64,000 bases of DNA from positions 171,554,001 through 171,618,000 of the forward strand of contig NC_042997.1 in NCBI RefSeq assembly GCF_006345805.1. Direction: 5' to 3'. The stretch's first letter is position 1. The number at the start of each line of letters is the position of its first letter. Source of the stretch: Octopus sinensis. Its lineage: Eukaryota. Below the pieces are notes generated by a model that was not told the DNA's origin, did no database searches, and saw only the letters and a list, made by a program, of their open reading frames with translations. Below are positions 11,990 through 24,380 of the stretch, piece after piece. The position numbers and the translations under genes were made by a program.

Positions 11990-12910
11990 ACCAATGAAGG
12001 TGTGATAACACTTAAATGGTAGAAAGTGATTGCTAGATCTAGTTTATCATCTCTTCTATCTGTCAATGTGTCACTGACAGTGAAGTATAAAGTATAACCT
12101 CATAAAAATTAAAGACTTTAAAGAGCAACATATTTGCCATTGCTTATAGTATAGATTTTAAAAGGGTAATGCTGCTACACAGGCAATGAAAAGCATCTCT
12201 GGAGTATATTCTGATGTAGTGATGGTTTGTAATTGTCAGCTGTGCTTTCAATAATTCCTTTTGAAAGGATCAAAACCAGCTCTTTGTAATTGCCATAGAT
12301 ATTTGTATAAATTCATTGAAGATCTGTTTTCTGTGAGTTTTAAAGGAATTTTTGTGCAGGTAAAACCTCACCTTAAAGCTATTTCCTGTGGTTCCAGAAT
12401 AAGTTTTATGTGTAGGGTTACTATCAATTTAGATCTCAGCACCTTTGATCATGTAATTGCCTTTAAGGAGGTTGTTTGGAATCTTTACTTGCACTTTGAA
12501 TGATCCTTATATTCATTATTGAATTTGCTCATATTATGCCAGGTAGCAAATGAAACAAATTTCTTCCTGCATTAATAGCTAAGTTTTGGGATTCTCCTGT
12601 TAAATATTCTATAACACCCCATGGAAAAATGTCTGGATACTGAATTCTAAAATGATCTAGCAATATTAGTTTTGACATTTGTACTAAATGTTGGGTTGAA
12701 CCACAAAACTTTCTAGAGATAGTTCTGCTAATTATAGCTATTTTGATCTTAGCCAAATTTATAAATCTATGCTTAGGGTTGCTCCTAAAACTAACTTTGG
12801 TCCTTAAGGGTAATAAAAGGTTCCATCGGGGGAAGATATTCTACTCTGTTACTGACATTGAGCTTCATTGCGGTTGTTTTACTTCAAGATTCACTTCCTT
12901 CTATAAACTT
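11990..12910 (-). pseudogene. Decayed Penelope-like element reverse transcriptase
   Basis: With one frameshift the minus strand reads PFITLKD(H)KVSFRSNPKHRFINLAKIKIAIISRTI, matching the PLE RT motif FITLKDHK..F...PK.RLINP.K; many stops. Confidence 0.7.
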
Positions 12911-12923
12911 TGGTCTGCCTTCT

Positions 12924-12974
<51 letters not shown>

Positions 12975-13361
12975 TTACATAATGAACAGGCTATACTTCA
13001 GAACATTTCATGGCAGGTTAATACCAGACTCTGCTATAAATAGCAAAGAGTTTCATTATATAGTCACGAACAATAAATGTATGTGGTAAATTTCACAAAA
13101 TATGGAATGTATTTATGGAAAGATGACAATAGATAAATATAAATTCAGAAAAAGAATACAATAAAATAAAGTAAATAAAATACATCAAAAGTAAAATAAA
13201 AAATATCTGCCACAACTACGATTTCACTTGACTTGATGGGTTTTATTCTCAAGCATGGTATATTGCCAAATATCATGGTCATTTGCCATTGCCTTTGTGA
13301 GGCCCAACAATCAAGTGATGTTTTTTACATGCCACTGGCATCAGCCATGACTACAATTTCA

Positions 13362-13405
<44 letters not shown>

Positions 13406-13430
13406 TACATACATATATATTTGTGTGTGT

Positions 13431-14345
13431 GTTAAGTTAAGTTAAGTTAATTTTTGGCTCAAAAAGCAAAAGCAAGGCCCTGTAGGAGGACATGGAGTTA
13501 TGTACAGGGAGGGTGTTCGTGCAAAGAGTTCAGGCCATTTCTGGTCAAGAGAGTCTTTGAACCAAGCGGTCATCGGCATCTTCACTATCTCGTCCGGCAG
13601 CTTATTCCACGGATCTGCAACCCGGACGGAGAAAGCCCCTCTCCTTCGATTGAGATGAAATCATTGCAGATAGAGTTTTTCAGAGTGACCCCGCAGCCGA
13701 TGCTCTGGAGCAGAGTGAAGAACAGCTCTTTCGAGAGGTTACACTTTCCGCTTATGATGTTGTGAGCAAGGATGAGATCAGCACGGGCGGCGGCGTTTTT
13801 CTAGATAATAAAGGTTGATCGTCTTCAGCCTTTCTTCATAAGACAAATGGTTGAGACCAAGAACCATGCAGGTAGCCAGCTTCTGGACTCTTTCAAGATG
13901 ATGTATGTCTTTGAGGAGATAAGGAGAAGAGGCTTGAATCCCGTACTCCAATATGGGTCTCACCAGCGTGACAGAGCGGTAGGAATATGGCTGCTGTGAG
14001 CATTCCGAATGACCATCGAATCAAAGACAGAACTCCATGTGCTTTGTTGGCAGCATGGATGCATTGGGCCGAAGGCGAAAAGGAAGAATCCACCAAGATA
14101 TCCAGGTCCTTTACCTGGTTGGTCCTCTCCAGCAGCAGACAACCCGGCTTGAAATCAAGTTGAGTTACAGGAGAGGAGCCAACAGGCAGATGACAGCACT
14201 TTGACATGTTCAGACGCAGGTCCCATTCATTAGACCATCTCCAAACTTGGTGGAGGCATCGACGAAGATCATCTATATCACTGCGAGGAGCGACCAGTTT
14301 GATGTCATCGGCAATAGAAGGGTGTGTTGCGTGAGGTCGTCGGGC
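13431..14345 (-). mobile_element. 5'-truncated CR1-clade LINE (RT C-terminus, 3'UTR, (TTAAC)n tail)
   Basis: RPILEYG..ASSPYLLKDIHHLERVQKLAT..LSYEERLK..L..LEKRR; gttaagttaagttaag tail at 13,431-13,450. Confidence 0.9.
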
Positions 14346-15199
14346 AAGTCATGTGTATGTGTATGCATGCATGTATGTATGTATATATGTGTTTGTATGT
14401 ATATGTATGTATGCATGTATACATATATAGAGGCATGTGGGTTAGTGGTAAGGGTGTTGCTCTTTGATCATAAAATTGTGGTTTTGATTCCTGGACTGGA
14501 TGATACATTGTATTCTTGAACATTGCTCCAGTCCACTCAGCCGGTAAAAATGAGTAATCTCTGTGACGTACTGGCATCCAGAGGAGGGAGTATATAGAGG
14601 GAGTATATACCCTACAGAATCTGGGAAACTGACCTTATGAACCTGTGGCTTAGGAAGAACCTTTGATCCCTTTTTTTTTTTTTGAGGCTGTGTGGTAAGA
14701 AGCTTGCTTCCTAACCACATAGTTCTGGGTTCAGTCCCATTGTGTGGCACCTTGGGCAAGTGTCTTCTGCTATAGCCTTGGGCCAACCAAAGTCTTGTGA
14801 GTAGATTTGGTAGATGGAAACTGAAAGAAGCTCATTGCATATATATATATCAACATGTGTGTGTCTTTGTGTCTATGTTTGTCCCCCCCCACCACCACTG
14901 CCTTAAAACCAGTGCTGGTGTGTTCATGTCCCTGTAACTTAGCAATTCACTAAAGGAGACTAATAAAATAAGTACCAGGTTTAGAAAAAAAGTATTGGGG
15001 TCAATTCATTTTACTAAAAATTCTTCAAGGCAGTGTCCCAGCATGGCTACAGGATGTATTTTTAATTGATATTGGCAGATAAAATACAAAAAAATTTGTG
15101 TTTGGTAAGATTTGAATTCAGAAATTGGACATATGATAGAATTTGATGTTGTGTGGCATTTAGTCTGGTACTTTACGATTCCTGTCACTCTGCTGTCTT

Positions 15200-15418
15200 T
15201 TCTTTAAACCGGCCATATCCGGCCCAAATATTCTACATGTTTTATATTCAAACTGGTCAGATCCAGCCTCTCACACCTAACCTACAGTGACATTCTAAAA
15301 ATAAACAATCACATCATTGAAACCCCAAAGCTATAAGATAATGCTTGATTAATTCAAAACAATTTGAGTGAAAAAATATTACATTTAACAAAGTAATCTG
15401 AATACTACAGGGTTAAAT
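15200..15418. mobile_element. piggyBac-like MITE remnant
   Basis: Ends in agggTTAA; homologous to a degenerate copy at ~33,110-33,330; left end eroded. Confidence 0.45.
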
Positions 15419-15431
15419 ACAAAGAAATCTA

Positions 15432-15934
15432 CAAGGGTGAGTCAGAATGTAATGCAATTTTTAATTACGGTACTTTTTGACTTACCATTGTATATAAAAA
15501 AGTGAATCAAAAACTTATGCAAGAAAAGATGGCTTCTATACTTTACATTATCGAGCGATTACTGTTTCAATCTCATTCTGAGATTTAATTATGCTTACTG
15601 TTCGTTTTTCGACATCAGTGGCAGACGCCATTAGAAAAACTTATATATATTTGCAAAGAAGCCTTCACTTTCATCGCGACCTGGTGGTTACCACCCGTTG
15701 ACAAGGGACAACAATCCCGAAACTAGTTCGAGCGTATCACTCAGGCTTGCGAGGAAGGGATGGCCTCCCTTTGCAAATACTCCAAGGACACTCATAGTGT
15801 GTCTAAAGCCAGCTAGAGATGAAGATCTCTTGGGGCTATAAAGCTACAGTAACACCCCCTCCCCAATGTGGTTAGCCATGATAAGATGGCTTCTATACTT
15901 TACAAAAACTGCATTACTTTCTGACTAATCCCTG
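15432..15934. mobile_element. Tc1/mariner-type MITE
   Basis: TA|caagggtgagtcagaatgtaatgcaattttt and aaaaactgcattactttctgactaatccctg|TA form imperfect TIRs with a TA TSD. Confidence 0.7.
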
Positions 15935-16325
15935 TATAAAAATAAGGGATGTGTGTTGTTTGTTTAAATAAGTCTGGTAAAAGGAAAGGGTGTAATATAC
16001 TTATGGTTAATATGAGTATCAAAGAAATCCAAACAGTCTTAGCAAAGTCAGAGTTGTAGTAGTAGGGACAATTTTGCTGAGAAGAGCTTAAGGAAATACA
16101 AAGTGAATATGAAGAAGAACGATTATGTTAATAACCAGTTTATGCTTCAAATATTAACGATTGTAATGAGGCGGGAATCGATTTTTATTTCACCAAAGAC
16201 TATTTAGTATCTGCGAGATAGAAGGATGCAGATCATCAGCCAGTGTAAAGCAATTTAATGTAGAATTTAGGAAATGTGTGCATGTATGCATGAACGTCTG
16301 TGTGTGTGTGTGTACATGTGTGTAT

Positions 16326-16356
<31 letters not shown>

Positions 16357-16866
16357 GATGCATGTCTGTGTGTATGTGTAACTGTAAGGTACTGTTAGCA
16401 GCTGATGAAAATCTGTTTGATGTTCTGTTAAAGCCGAGATTAATTTTCTCATAGACAATGAATAAGGTTAATTGGAGCTGGCACCATAGAATCCATAGAA
16501 GAAGAAATATGAAGCTTTAAGGTGAGCAAAATGTATGAGTTAGCTTTGACTCCCAGTGAAAGCAATTCCACTTCTGGTGCCAATAACAAACCATTTTGAA
16601 CATCATTCCAGTCTTTTTTTTTCTGTCTTATATAAATATATTTTCTGAAGGCAGTGAGCTGGCAGAATTGCAACCATGCTGGACAAAATGCTTTGCAGTA
16701 TCTCTTCAAGGTTTATGTTCTGAGTTCAAATTCTGCTGAGGTCAACTTACCTTTTAGTGTCAATAAAATAAGAACCAGTCAAGCACTGGGATTGATGTGA
16801 TCCACAAGCCCCCTCCCTCAAAATTCTCAGGCCTTGTGTCTATAGTAGAAAGTATTATCATTATTA

Positions 16867-16919
<53 letters not shown>

Positions 16920-16920
<1 letters not shown>

Positions 16921-17376
16921 GAGTGAGAGAGCAGTGCATGCCATCAACGTGACACTGGGATAAAATATACGAAGCTCAGTATACCCATCATGACTATTCA
17001 TCTGATAAGGGTACACCAGGCACATGCATCACAACCATATGCGTGCAACATGGTGATCTCATATCAAGATAAACAGTACATGACCTTGCAGGAAGGGGCC
17101 CCTGAATCAGGGTTATTTAAGGATGTTGAACGAAACATCCATGTTTCCAAAGGCGAATTAGCCAAACCCCAAAGAATTCCTCTCAACACAAAGCTATGAT
17201 GCTCACCTACTACCTATGCTTGTGATCAGATATGCACATATCGTCAGCCACTAAGGGACATGCTCAACTGGTTACGGTCAAATAGATGACGAGTAAATCT
17301 GTGGTATGGAGCAGAATATTTACTGTAGCCCATCTTTTATACCAAGACAAAACATGTACATAATAACACTTCCAAT
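16920..17376 (-). mobile_element. Non-coding (AAT)n-tailed retroposon inserted in an (ATT)n microsatellite
   Basis: Reverse-complement homologue of 21,360-21,866; flanked by ATT runs. Confidence 0.75.
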
Positions 17377-17391
17377 CAATTATTATTATTA

Positions 17392-17438
<47 letters not shown>

Positions 17439-17439
17439 A

Positions 17440-17868
17440 TTGCCTTTGCCCAGCTTCTAACGTTGGAGATGTACTACAGTGTCAGCTGTTCACTACCAGT
17501 GAACTAAGGTACATCTCTTATTTTTCAAGCACCTTTGGTAGTATTCGAGCGGTTCTAAGCAGTGCTGTTTTCTGCAAGTGCTCCACTCTTGTTGCAGCCC
17601 ATATTTGTTCTTCGTACTTCTCAAGATTTTTGTTCACTGTTCCCAGGGATCCGACAATCATTGGTACTACTATCATCTTTTTCATCGACCACAACTGCTT
17701 AACTTCCCAAGCTAACCTGTCATATCTCTTGACTTTTCTTTCTTCCTTATTGCATACCTTGTTGTCAGCTGGGTATGCTATATCTATGATCTAGCATAGT
17801 TTGCTTTCTTTCTCAATTAAGACTATGTCCAGTTTCCTATTCAGGTTTGATTGTCTTTGCAATATCTA

Positions 17869-17870
<2 letters not shown>
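17440..17870 (-). mobile_element. R4/Dong-clade LINE 3' fragment (restriction-like endonuclease)
   Basis: LDIVLIEKESKLC*IIDIAYPADNKV..KEERKV.RY..L..EVKQLW..VVPMIVGSLG..LQKTALLRTARIL; (TAA)n on both sides. Confidence 0.8.
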
Positions 17871-17906
<36 letters not shown>

Positions 17907-18174
17907 GTTATTATGAGTAAGGCAGTGAGTTGGCAGTTTCATTAGCATGTTGGGTGAAATGCATTTCTTTTGTCCTTACATTCAGAGTTAAAATTCCGCT
18001 GACATTGACATTATCCTTCATACTTTTGGGGTCAATAAATTAAGTACCAGTGAAACACTGGCGTTGATGTAATTTACTAATCCCCTCCCTCAAAATTTCA
18101 GGCCTTGTGCCTTTAGTAGAAAGTATCATTATCGTTATGAGCAAGGGTGCATGGCTTAGTGGTTGCACTAATTA

Positions 18175-18386
18175 AAGGCGGTGAGCTGGCAGAAACGTTA
18201 GCGGTATTTCGTCTGCGTTACGTTCTGAGTTCAAATTCCGCCGAGTTCGACTTTGCCTTTCATCCTTTCGGGGTCGATAAATTAAGTACCAGTTACGCAC
18301 TGGGGTCGATGTAATCGACTTAATACCAATGTCTGTCCTTGTTTGTCCGCTCTGTGTTTAGCCCCTTGTGGGTAATAAAGAAATAG
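18175..18386 (+). mobile_element. Young SINE B monomer with TSD, nested in an older SINE
   Basis: Flanked by the direct repeat gttgcactaatta (~18,162 and ~18,387); ends aaagaaata. Confidence 0.85.
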
Positions 18387-19209
18387 GTTGCACTAATTAT
18401 CTAGCAATCATGGTTTCAATTCCAAGACTAGGTGGTGCATTGTGTTTCTGAGCAAAATGCTTCGTCTCCCATTGCTCTGCGATCACTTCGACACCTGATG
18501 TGTGATACACTGTGCACCTGCTCAGGTAATGTCGATTTGGTGGAGAGAGTGAGCTTAATGTGTGCCACGAACATTTGATGGTCAAGTCTTCATTGAAAGA
18601 GTCCATTTTATAATGACTCTGCTTGTTCCTCGGTTGCTTAACCTGTCCCTAACACTTTCAAGTGATTAGTTAAAGGGGGCAGGAGAGGGAGATGGAGAAG
18701 AGGAGGGGAGAAAGGAGGAGGATGCAGAGAGGGATAGGGAAGGGAGGTGGGGGTGGAGGAAATGTGTGTAAGGGAGGGAGGGAGGTGGTGGAGGAGGAGG
18801 AGATGGAGGTGGCGGTGAGTGAAATGTGTAATCCTTTATTTTTTTAACTAAGTCTTTTTCCTTTGTTGCTTAGTCCATCTGTAACGCTTTCATGTGATTA
18901 GTTGAAGAGAAAAGCAAAGAGCAAGAATAAAAGGGGTAGAAAGAAAAAGATGGTAAAGCAAAGAGGGAGAGTGCTATGTATTAAGTCTATAAAATTGTGC
19001 ATAAAGTATATAAAGTGTATATATAAAATGCATTAAGTAATCATTGTATTCCAATATCCTTCACTTTTCAATGAGTAGCAGATGAGCAACTATCTTTCCA
19101 TACAGACACAACACAGGCTACACTTTCAGTTATTTTGGATAAAGTTTTCAGAAATAACTCAATAAGTTTATCAATTATTCCATGAAATATTCACTATGAA
19201 ATATTCATA

Positions 19210-19565
19210 GGCGTAGGAGTGGCTGTATGGTAAGTAGCTTGCTTATGAACCACATGGTTCCGGGTTCAGTCCCACTGTGTGGCACCTTGGGCAAGTGTCT
19301 TCAGCTATAGCCTCGGGCTGACCAAAGCCTTGTGAGTGGATTTGGTTGACGGAAACTGAAAGAAGCCCGTCGTATATATGTATATATATATATGTTTGTG
19401 TGTCTGTGTTTGTCCCCCCAACATTGCTTGACAACCGATGGTGGTCTGTTTATGTCCCTGTCACTTAGCGGTTTGGCAAAAGAGACTGATAGAATAAGTA
19501 CTAGGCTTACAAAGAATAAGTCCTGGGGTTGATTTGCTCAACTAAAGGTGGTGCTCCAGCATGGC
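19210..19565 (+). mobile_element. tRNA-derived SINE family A (full-length type)
   Basis: ggctgtatggtaagtagcttgc head, internal (TA/TG)n, aataagtcctggggttgatttgc tail. Further copies at ~2,055, 4,128, 14,686, 22,965, 24,880, 29,555, 41,120, 42,560, 48,425, 57,450 and 60,690. Confidence 0.85.
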
Positions 19566-19819
19566 CTATTGGTAGAATTGCTAGTATGTCAGTATGTTAG
19601 TATGTTTAACCTCATTTCATTTGTTTTTATGTTCTGAGTTCAAATTCCATCAAGGTTGACTTTGCTTCTCATCCCTTTGGGGTCAATAAAATATGTACCA
19701 GTAAAATACTAGGATTGATATAATCAACTAGTCCCCTCACACCAAATTTCTAACCTATAATAGAAAGAATTGCTCAGCTCATAAAATTATCAAAAATTAA
19801 CACTGCATAATGAATATGT

Positions 19820-20160
19820 TATGGATACTGAGACCCCTTTCGGTCATGACTGACCATGGGATTGCACCTTGAAAGTTACCCTCTCAGGCACAAGTCCGGG
19901 CAAGGTTGTTTATGGAAAACCAACAGTCGCCCACGTATACCGGCCTCCCCGCTCCATGCCACCAGTGTTATCCAAGGGAAAGGCAAAGGCCAATATAGCT
20001 TGGCACCAGTGATGTTGCAACTCATTTCAACAGCTGAGTGAACTGGAGCAAAACGTAAAATAAAGTGTCTTGCTCAAGAAAACAACACGCAGTCCGGTCT
20101 GAGATTTGAACTCACAACCTCATGATCATAAGCTCAATGCTCTAACCACTGAGCCATTGC
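19820..20160 (-). mobile_element. tRNA-derived SINE (separate family)
   Basis: Minus-strand head ggctcagtggttagagc...gttcaaatc; homologue at ~39,740-40,065 with a (TTTACCC) tail. Confidence 0.75.
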
Positions 20161-20344
20161 TTAAATAAATAGACATTTTACATGTACACATGTAAAAATC
20201 TCACAATGCAGAGTTATGTATCTTTAAATTAAACATTACCTGAAATAGTTAATGAAGAAATTGTTGTTGCTGTAGTTAATCTGCCATTTTACACTTTGAT
20301 AATAATAGTAATGATGATGATGACGATGACGACGACAATGATTA

Positions 20345-21350
20345 TTAGGGACAGGTAGGATATTTACGAGGGTTCTTGGCATCTAAGGTTACTTACTGTA
20401 ACCAATAAGAAGGTTCTTGTCATCCAAGGCTACTTGTAGACCGATGTTAGGATTCTTTAAAGAGGAAAGTGTCTGACTTTAGTCCTTTCAAACGGGTCCA
20501 CCATACAACCTCTTTCGCCACAGCCACTAGGCACAGGAAAACGGCCTTGCCCTCCTTGTTAAAGGAGGTCGACGGGGCAATCTTCACTATGGATTCAGCT
20601 GATAGCCGGATCCGTCCTATACGTGACAGTAGCTGTTCGACATACACCTATAGTTCAGCAATATTCGGGCACTGGATGAGTGCGTGCAGAATGGTTTCGT
20701 CGTCCTGGCAACACCTCAGGCAGGCCCGGCTGACGGCACTTCTGTGTCTGTAGAGTTTATCCTGAACAGGCAGAGCCCCTTGGTAGCACTGCCAGGTGAG
20801 TGACCTCTGGAAATTATCCATTGGCCCCGGCCCGAAAGTCCTTCCGAACAGACCACTCAGTTCATTATCATCAATGCCTAGAGTTTCCCCGAGAACGTCG
20901 TCGCATTTTTCCTCCACTAACCCTCTATAGAACGCTAGAGTGGAACTAAAACCGATCGCATTGCCTGCTTGGCAGAGGGCAGAGAGAGCCTGACGGCACT
21001 CGAGGTGCCAAGCGCCCTTTCTCGGTCTACGTTTGATCCAGATCTGCAGCTCTGTCAAAGAGACGAGCTGTGGAAAGTCACGTCTGACAAAAGACGACCA
21101 CACCTGTTCACCGTCAAGGAAACGCTTGAGATGTCACAGCCTGAGCGCATGTCTGCGCATCAGTAACCACGGCATGCCAAGGCCTCTGTTCAGCGGTCAT
21201 TGACAGCAGATGGATTGCCTGACCAGTGGCACCTGACCCTTCCACAAAAAGTTGAAGAGCAGGCTTACCAGCTTGGCCAACAATAGATGACGGATGCAAT
21301 GTACATATTCGCCACCTCCGCTCGACCTTTCAGGGACAGCTTCCTTTCGG
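20345..21350 (-). mobile_element. L1/Tx1-clade LINE ORF2 C-terminal fragment (zf-RVT)
   Basis: LLFNFLWKGQVPLVR.SICCQ..GGLGMP-like segment, then LTWQCYQGALPVQDKL..C.RC..DDETILHALIQCP; frameshifted. Confidence 0.8.
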
Positions 21351-21359
21351 CCCATTTCT

Positions 21360-21808
21360 GGGTGAGTCAGTTGTTTGACCTTAACCAGTTGAACATGTCC
21401 CTTAGTGGCTGACGATATGCGCATCTCTGATTATGTGCAGAAGTAGTGGAGGAGGGTGCTTCATAGCCATGTGTTGAGAGGGATTCTTTGAGGTTTGAAT
21501 AATTCACCTCTGGAAACAGGTGTTTCGTTCAGCATCCTTAAACAACCCTTATTCAGGGACCTTTTGAGTGGAATGGGTTACTCGACCAGAATAAATTTCT
21601 AACTGGTCCCCACCTGCAAGGTCATGTGCAGTTTATCTTGATATGAGATCACATTTTGTGCACATATGGTTGTGTTGCATGTGCCTGATGTACCCTTATC
21701 AGACGGATAGTCATGATGGGAATACTTGGCTTCGAATATTTTACCCCAGTGTCACTTTGATGGCATGCACTGCTCTCTCACTCAATAATAATAATAATAA
21801 TGATAAAG

Positions 21809-21866
<58 letters not shown>
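21360..21866 (+). mobile_element. Non-coding (AAT)n-tailed retroposon
   Basis: Ends gcactgctctctcactc(aat)n; same family as 16,920-17,376. Confidence 0.75.
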
Positions 21867-21867
<1 letters not shown>

Positions 21868-22115
21868 CGTTTAACGTCCGTTCTCCATGCTAGCATGGGT
21901 TGGACGGTTCGACCGGGATCTGGGAAGCCAGAAGGCTGCACCAGGCTCCAGTCTGATCTGGCAGTGTTTCTACAGCTGGATGCCCTTCCTAACGCCAACC
22001 ACTCCGTGAGTGTAGTGGGTGCTTTTTATGTGCCGCCGGCACAGGTGCCAGGCGAGGCTGGCAACAGCCACAATTGGATTGGTGCTTTTCACGTGCCACA
22101 ATAATAATAATAATG

Positions 22116-22154
<39 letters not shown>

Positions 22155-23359
22155 TGAAAAAAGTGATGCAGGTAACAGTGGTTTATGATGGTGATAGTGA
22201 TGATGAATGATTGAGATGATAGTGATGAAATTTTCAAAACATAAAATATAAAGGAGAATGATTATCAAATAATGAAGTACAAAATAAGATTTATCAAGAA
22301 GTGGCAGCATTAACAGTAGCAAAAACAGCAGCAATAATATCTCCTTCATCATCATCATCATCAGCCGCAGCAGCATCAGCAGCAGTGCAGCAGCAGCAGT
22401 TGGTGATGTACTGAGACAATCTTTTGTAATTTCCTGTCAGATGCACATTCAAAAACTGTTGGTGATGCTTGCTGCATTTAGACAGATAGACAAACAGACA
22501 CACGGACACGCAGAGTTACGTAAGAGCAGACAAGACTGTATATGTATGTGTGTGTATACGCACATACACACACTGTATGGTAAGGCTTTAACAAGTAGAA
22601 TAGCACTCAATCAGCTAAGAGAGTAAAGATAATGTTTATAATGAAAACCACAAATCTTGTGAAATACAGCTACCCAGGGTCTTCTTGTCAAAATTTATTT
22701 TGCTATCTATCAAGCTGATAAGAACAAGACTGTTTGTCAGCTGCTTCCAAAGAAGCTGACATTTGAACAAGGAACACTCAGAAGGAAGAAGACAGAAAGA
22801 AGCATAAAAAACTCAGGGGAGATAACCATTGTTACAATGAACATACGTCAAAAATATGTAATGAGATCAGAATAGTCTTTGAGATGTGTTTGGTGGTTTT
22901 TCTTCAAATTCCGCTAAACTGCATTTTTAAATCTGTGGACATAACGTGGACATATAGGCACAGGCATGGCTGTGTAATAAGAAGCTTACTTCCCAACCCA
23001 CATGGTCCTGGGTTCAGTCCCACAGCATGGTACCTTGGAAAAGTGTCTTCTACTATAAGCCTTGAGCTAACCAAAGCCTTGTGAGTGGATTTGGTAGACA
23101 GAAACTCAAAGAAGCCTGTCGTATATATGTGTGTGTGTTTGTGTCTGTTTGTCCCTCATTCATCCCTTGACAATTGATACTAGTGTTTACATCCCCATAA
23201 CCCATAACCTAGTGGTTCAGGAAAAGAGACTGATAGAATAAGTACTAGGTTTAAGAAAATAAGTCCTGGGGTTGATTTGTTCAACTAAAATCCTTCAAGG
23301 CAGTGCTCCAGCATGGCTGTAGTCAAATGACTGAAACAATTAAAAGAATAAAAGAATAA

Positions 23360-23580
23360 AGAAAAAATCTCATTCCTGGAATCTACACAGTCATTGAAGG
23401 CTCTTAAGATACTGTTTTTCAATAAAACATATTAAACATCCTTTTGACCTGTTATTCTAGAGTTTGGTTTTGGAAAGGATTTTCCACTTGATGTCATAGT
23501 TAATCCTTTCATCTTTAAACTTCCAGATTAATGCCAAGAGAGTTGTAGTATATCTGTTTTTACAGTGTCTAAAGGTCAAC
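23360..23580 (-). pseudogene. Penelope-like GIY-YIG endonuclease C-terminal remnant
   Basis: FRHCKNRYTTTLLALIWKFKDERINYDIKWKIL...CLICFIEK matches the PLE pattern T.L..IW.LK...I.W.IL...C.LC..EK. Confidence 0.7.
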
Positions 23581-23594
23581 AGATGGTTGTTATC

Positions 23595-23710
23595 TATATT
23601 ATTTACATTCGACAGATATTCGCCCTCATCTTGTTTGTTGTTAACACGTTTCGGCTGATATACCCTCCAGCCTTCTTCAGGTGTTTTGGGGAAATTTTGA
23701 GGTATTTTTC
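23595..23710 (-). mobile_element. Penelope pLTR fragment with damaged hammerhead
   Basis: Homologue of 4,500-4,600: CTGAAGA-a-ggctg..cagcc-GAAAC-GTG, with a 3-nt deletion at the cleavage site. Confidence 0.7.
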
Positions 23711-24094
23711 GATGTTATTGTTGTTATTATTATTATTACTATTATTATTATCATTATTGTTCATTGACTGGCCTCCGTGCCGGTGGCACGTAAAAAACAC
23801 CATCCGAGCATGGCCGTTCGCCAGCCTCGTCTGGCACCTGTGTCAGTGGCACATAAAATCACCCTCTACACTCTCGGAGTGGTTGGCGTTAGGAAGGGCA
23901 TCCAGCTGTAGAAACACTGCCAGATCTGACTGGCCTGGTGCAGCCTTCGGGCTTCCCAGACCCCAGTTGAACCGTCCAACCCATGCTAGCATGGAAAGCG
24001 GACGTTAAACGATGATGATGATGATGGTGATGTTCAGTTCACTGCTTGGAATCAAACTCAGAATCTTGTGGTTAGTAGCCCGTGCTCTTAACCA

Positions 24095-24380
24095 CTATGC
24101 CATATGCCCATGGGCAATTATGGAGTGAATTTTTGGACTTATAAAATCTAATATTTTTCTATCCTTCCTTAATACTGGTTCCCATATGCTGCTCATATCT
24201 GCACTCGGTCTGCTTAGGAGGTTGTTGTGTCCTAGCATATGTGCTGCTTCTTTTAGTTTTTGTGTTTTCCAGTGGTGTTCTCTGTCTATTATTTTAACTT
24301 CATCCCATAAGGGGAGATGGTCTTCATTTTTCCATACGTGATGGTTGTTATGTCTGGATTTAAATTTTCCTTCCACTAAT
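24095..24380 (-). pseudogene. Penelope-like endonuclease tail fragment
   Basis: HVWKNEDH...WDEVKIIDRE..W...KLKEA.....NLLSR...IWEP.L motif. Confidence 0.65.

Noticed and set aside
16455-16525. LIGAGTIE peptide resembling a SNF2 helicase motif; + strand splice sites
   Set aside because: In-frame stop within the exon and no partner exons.
18680-18830. G-rich purine tract (possible G4 or triplex)
   Set aside because: Low-complexity, no context suggesting function.
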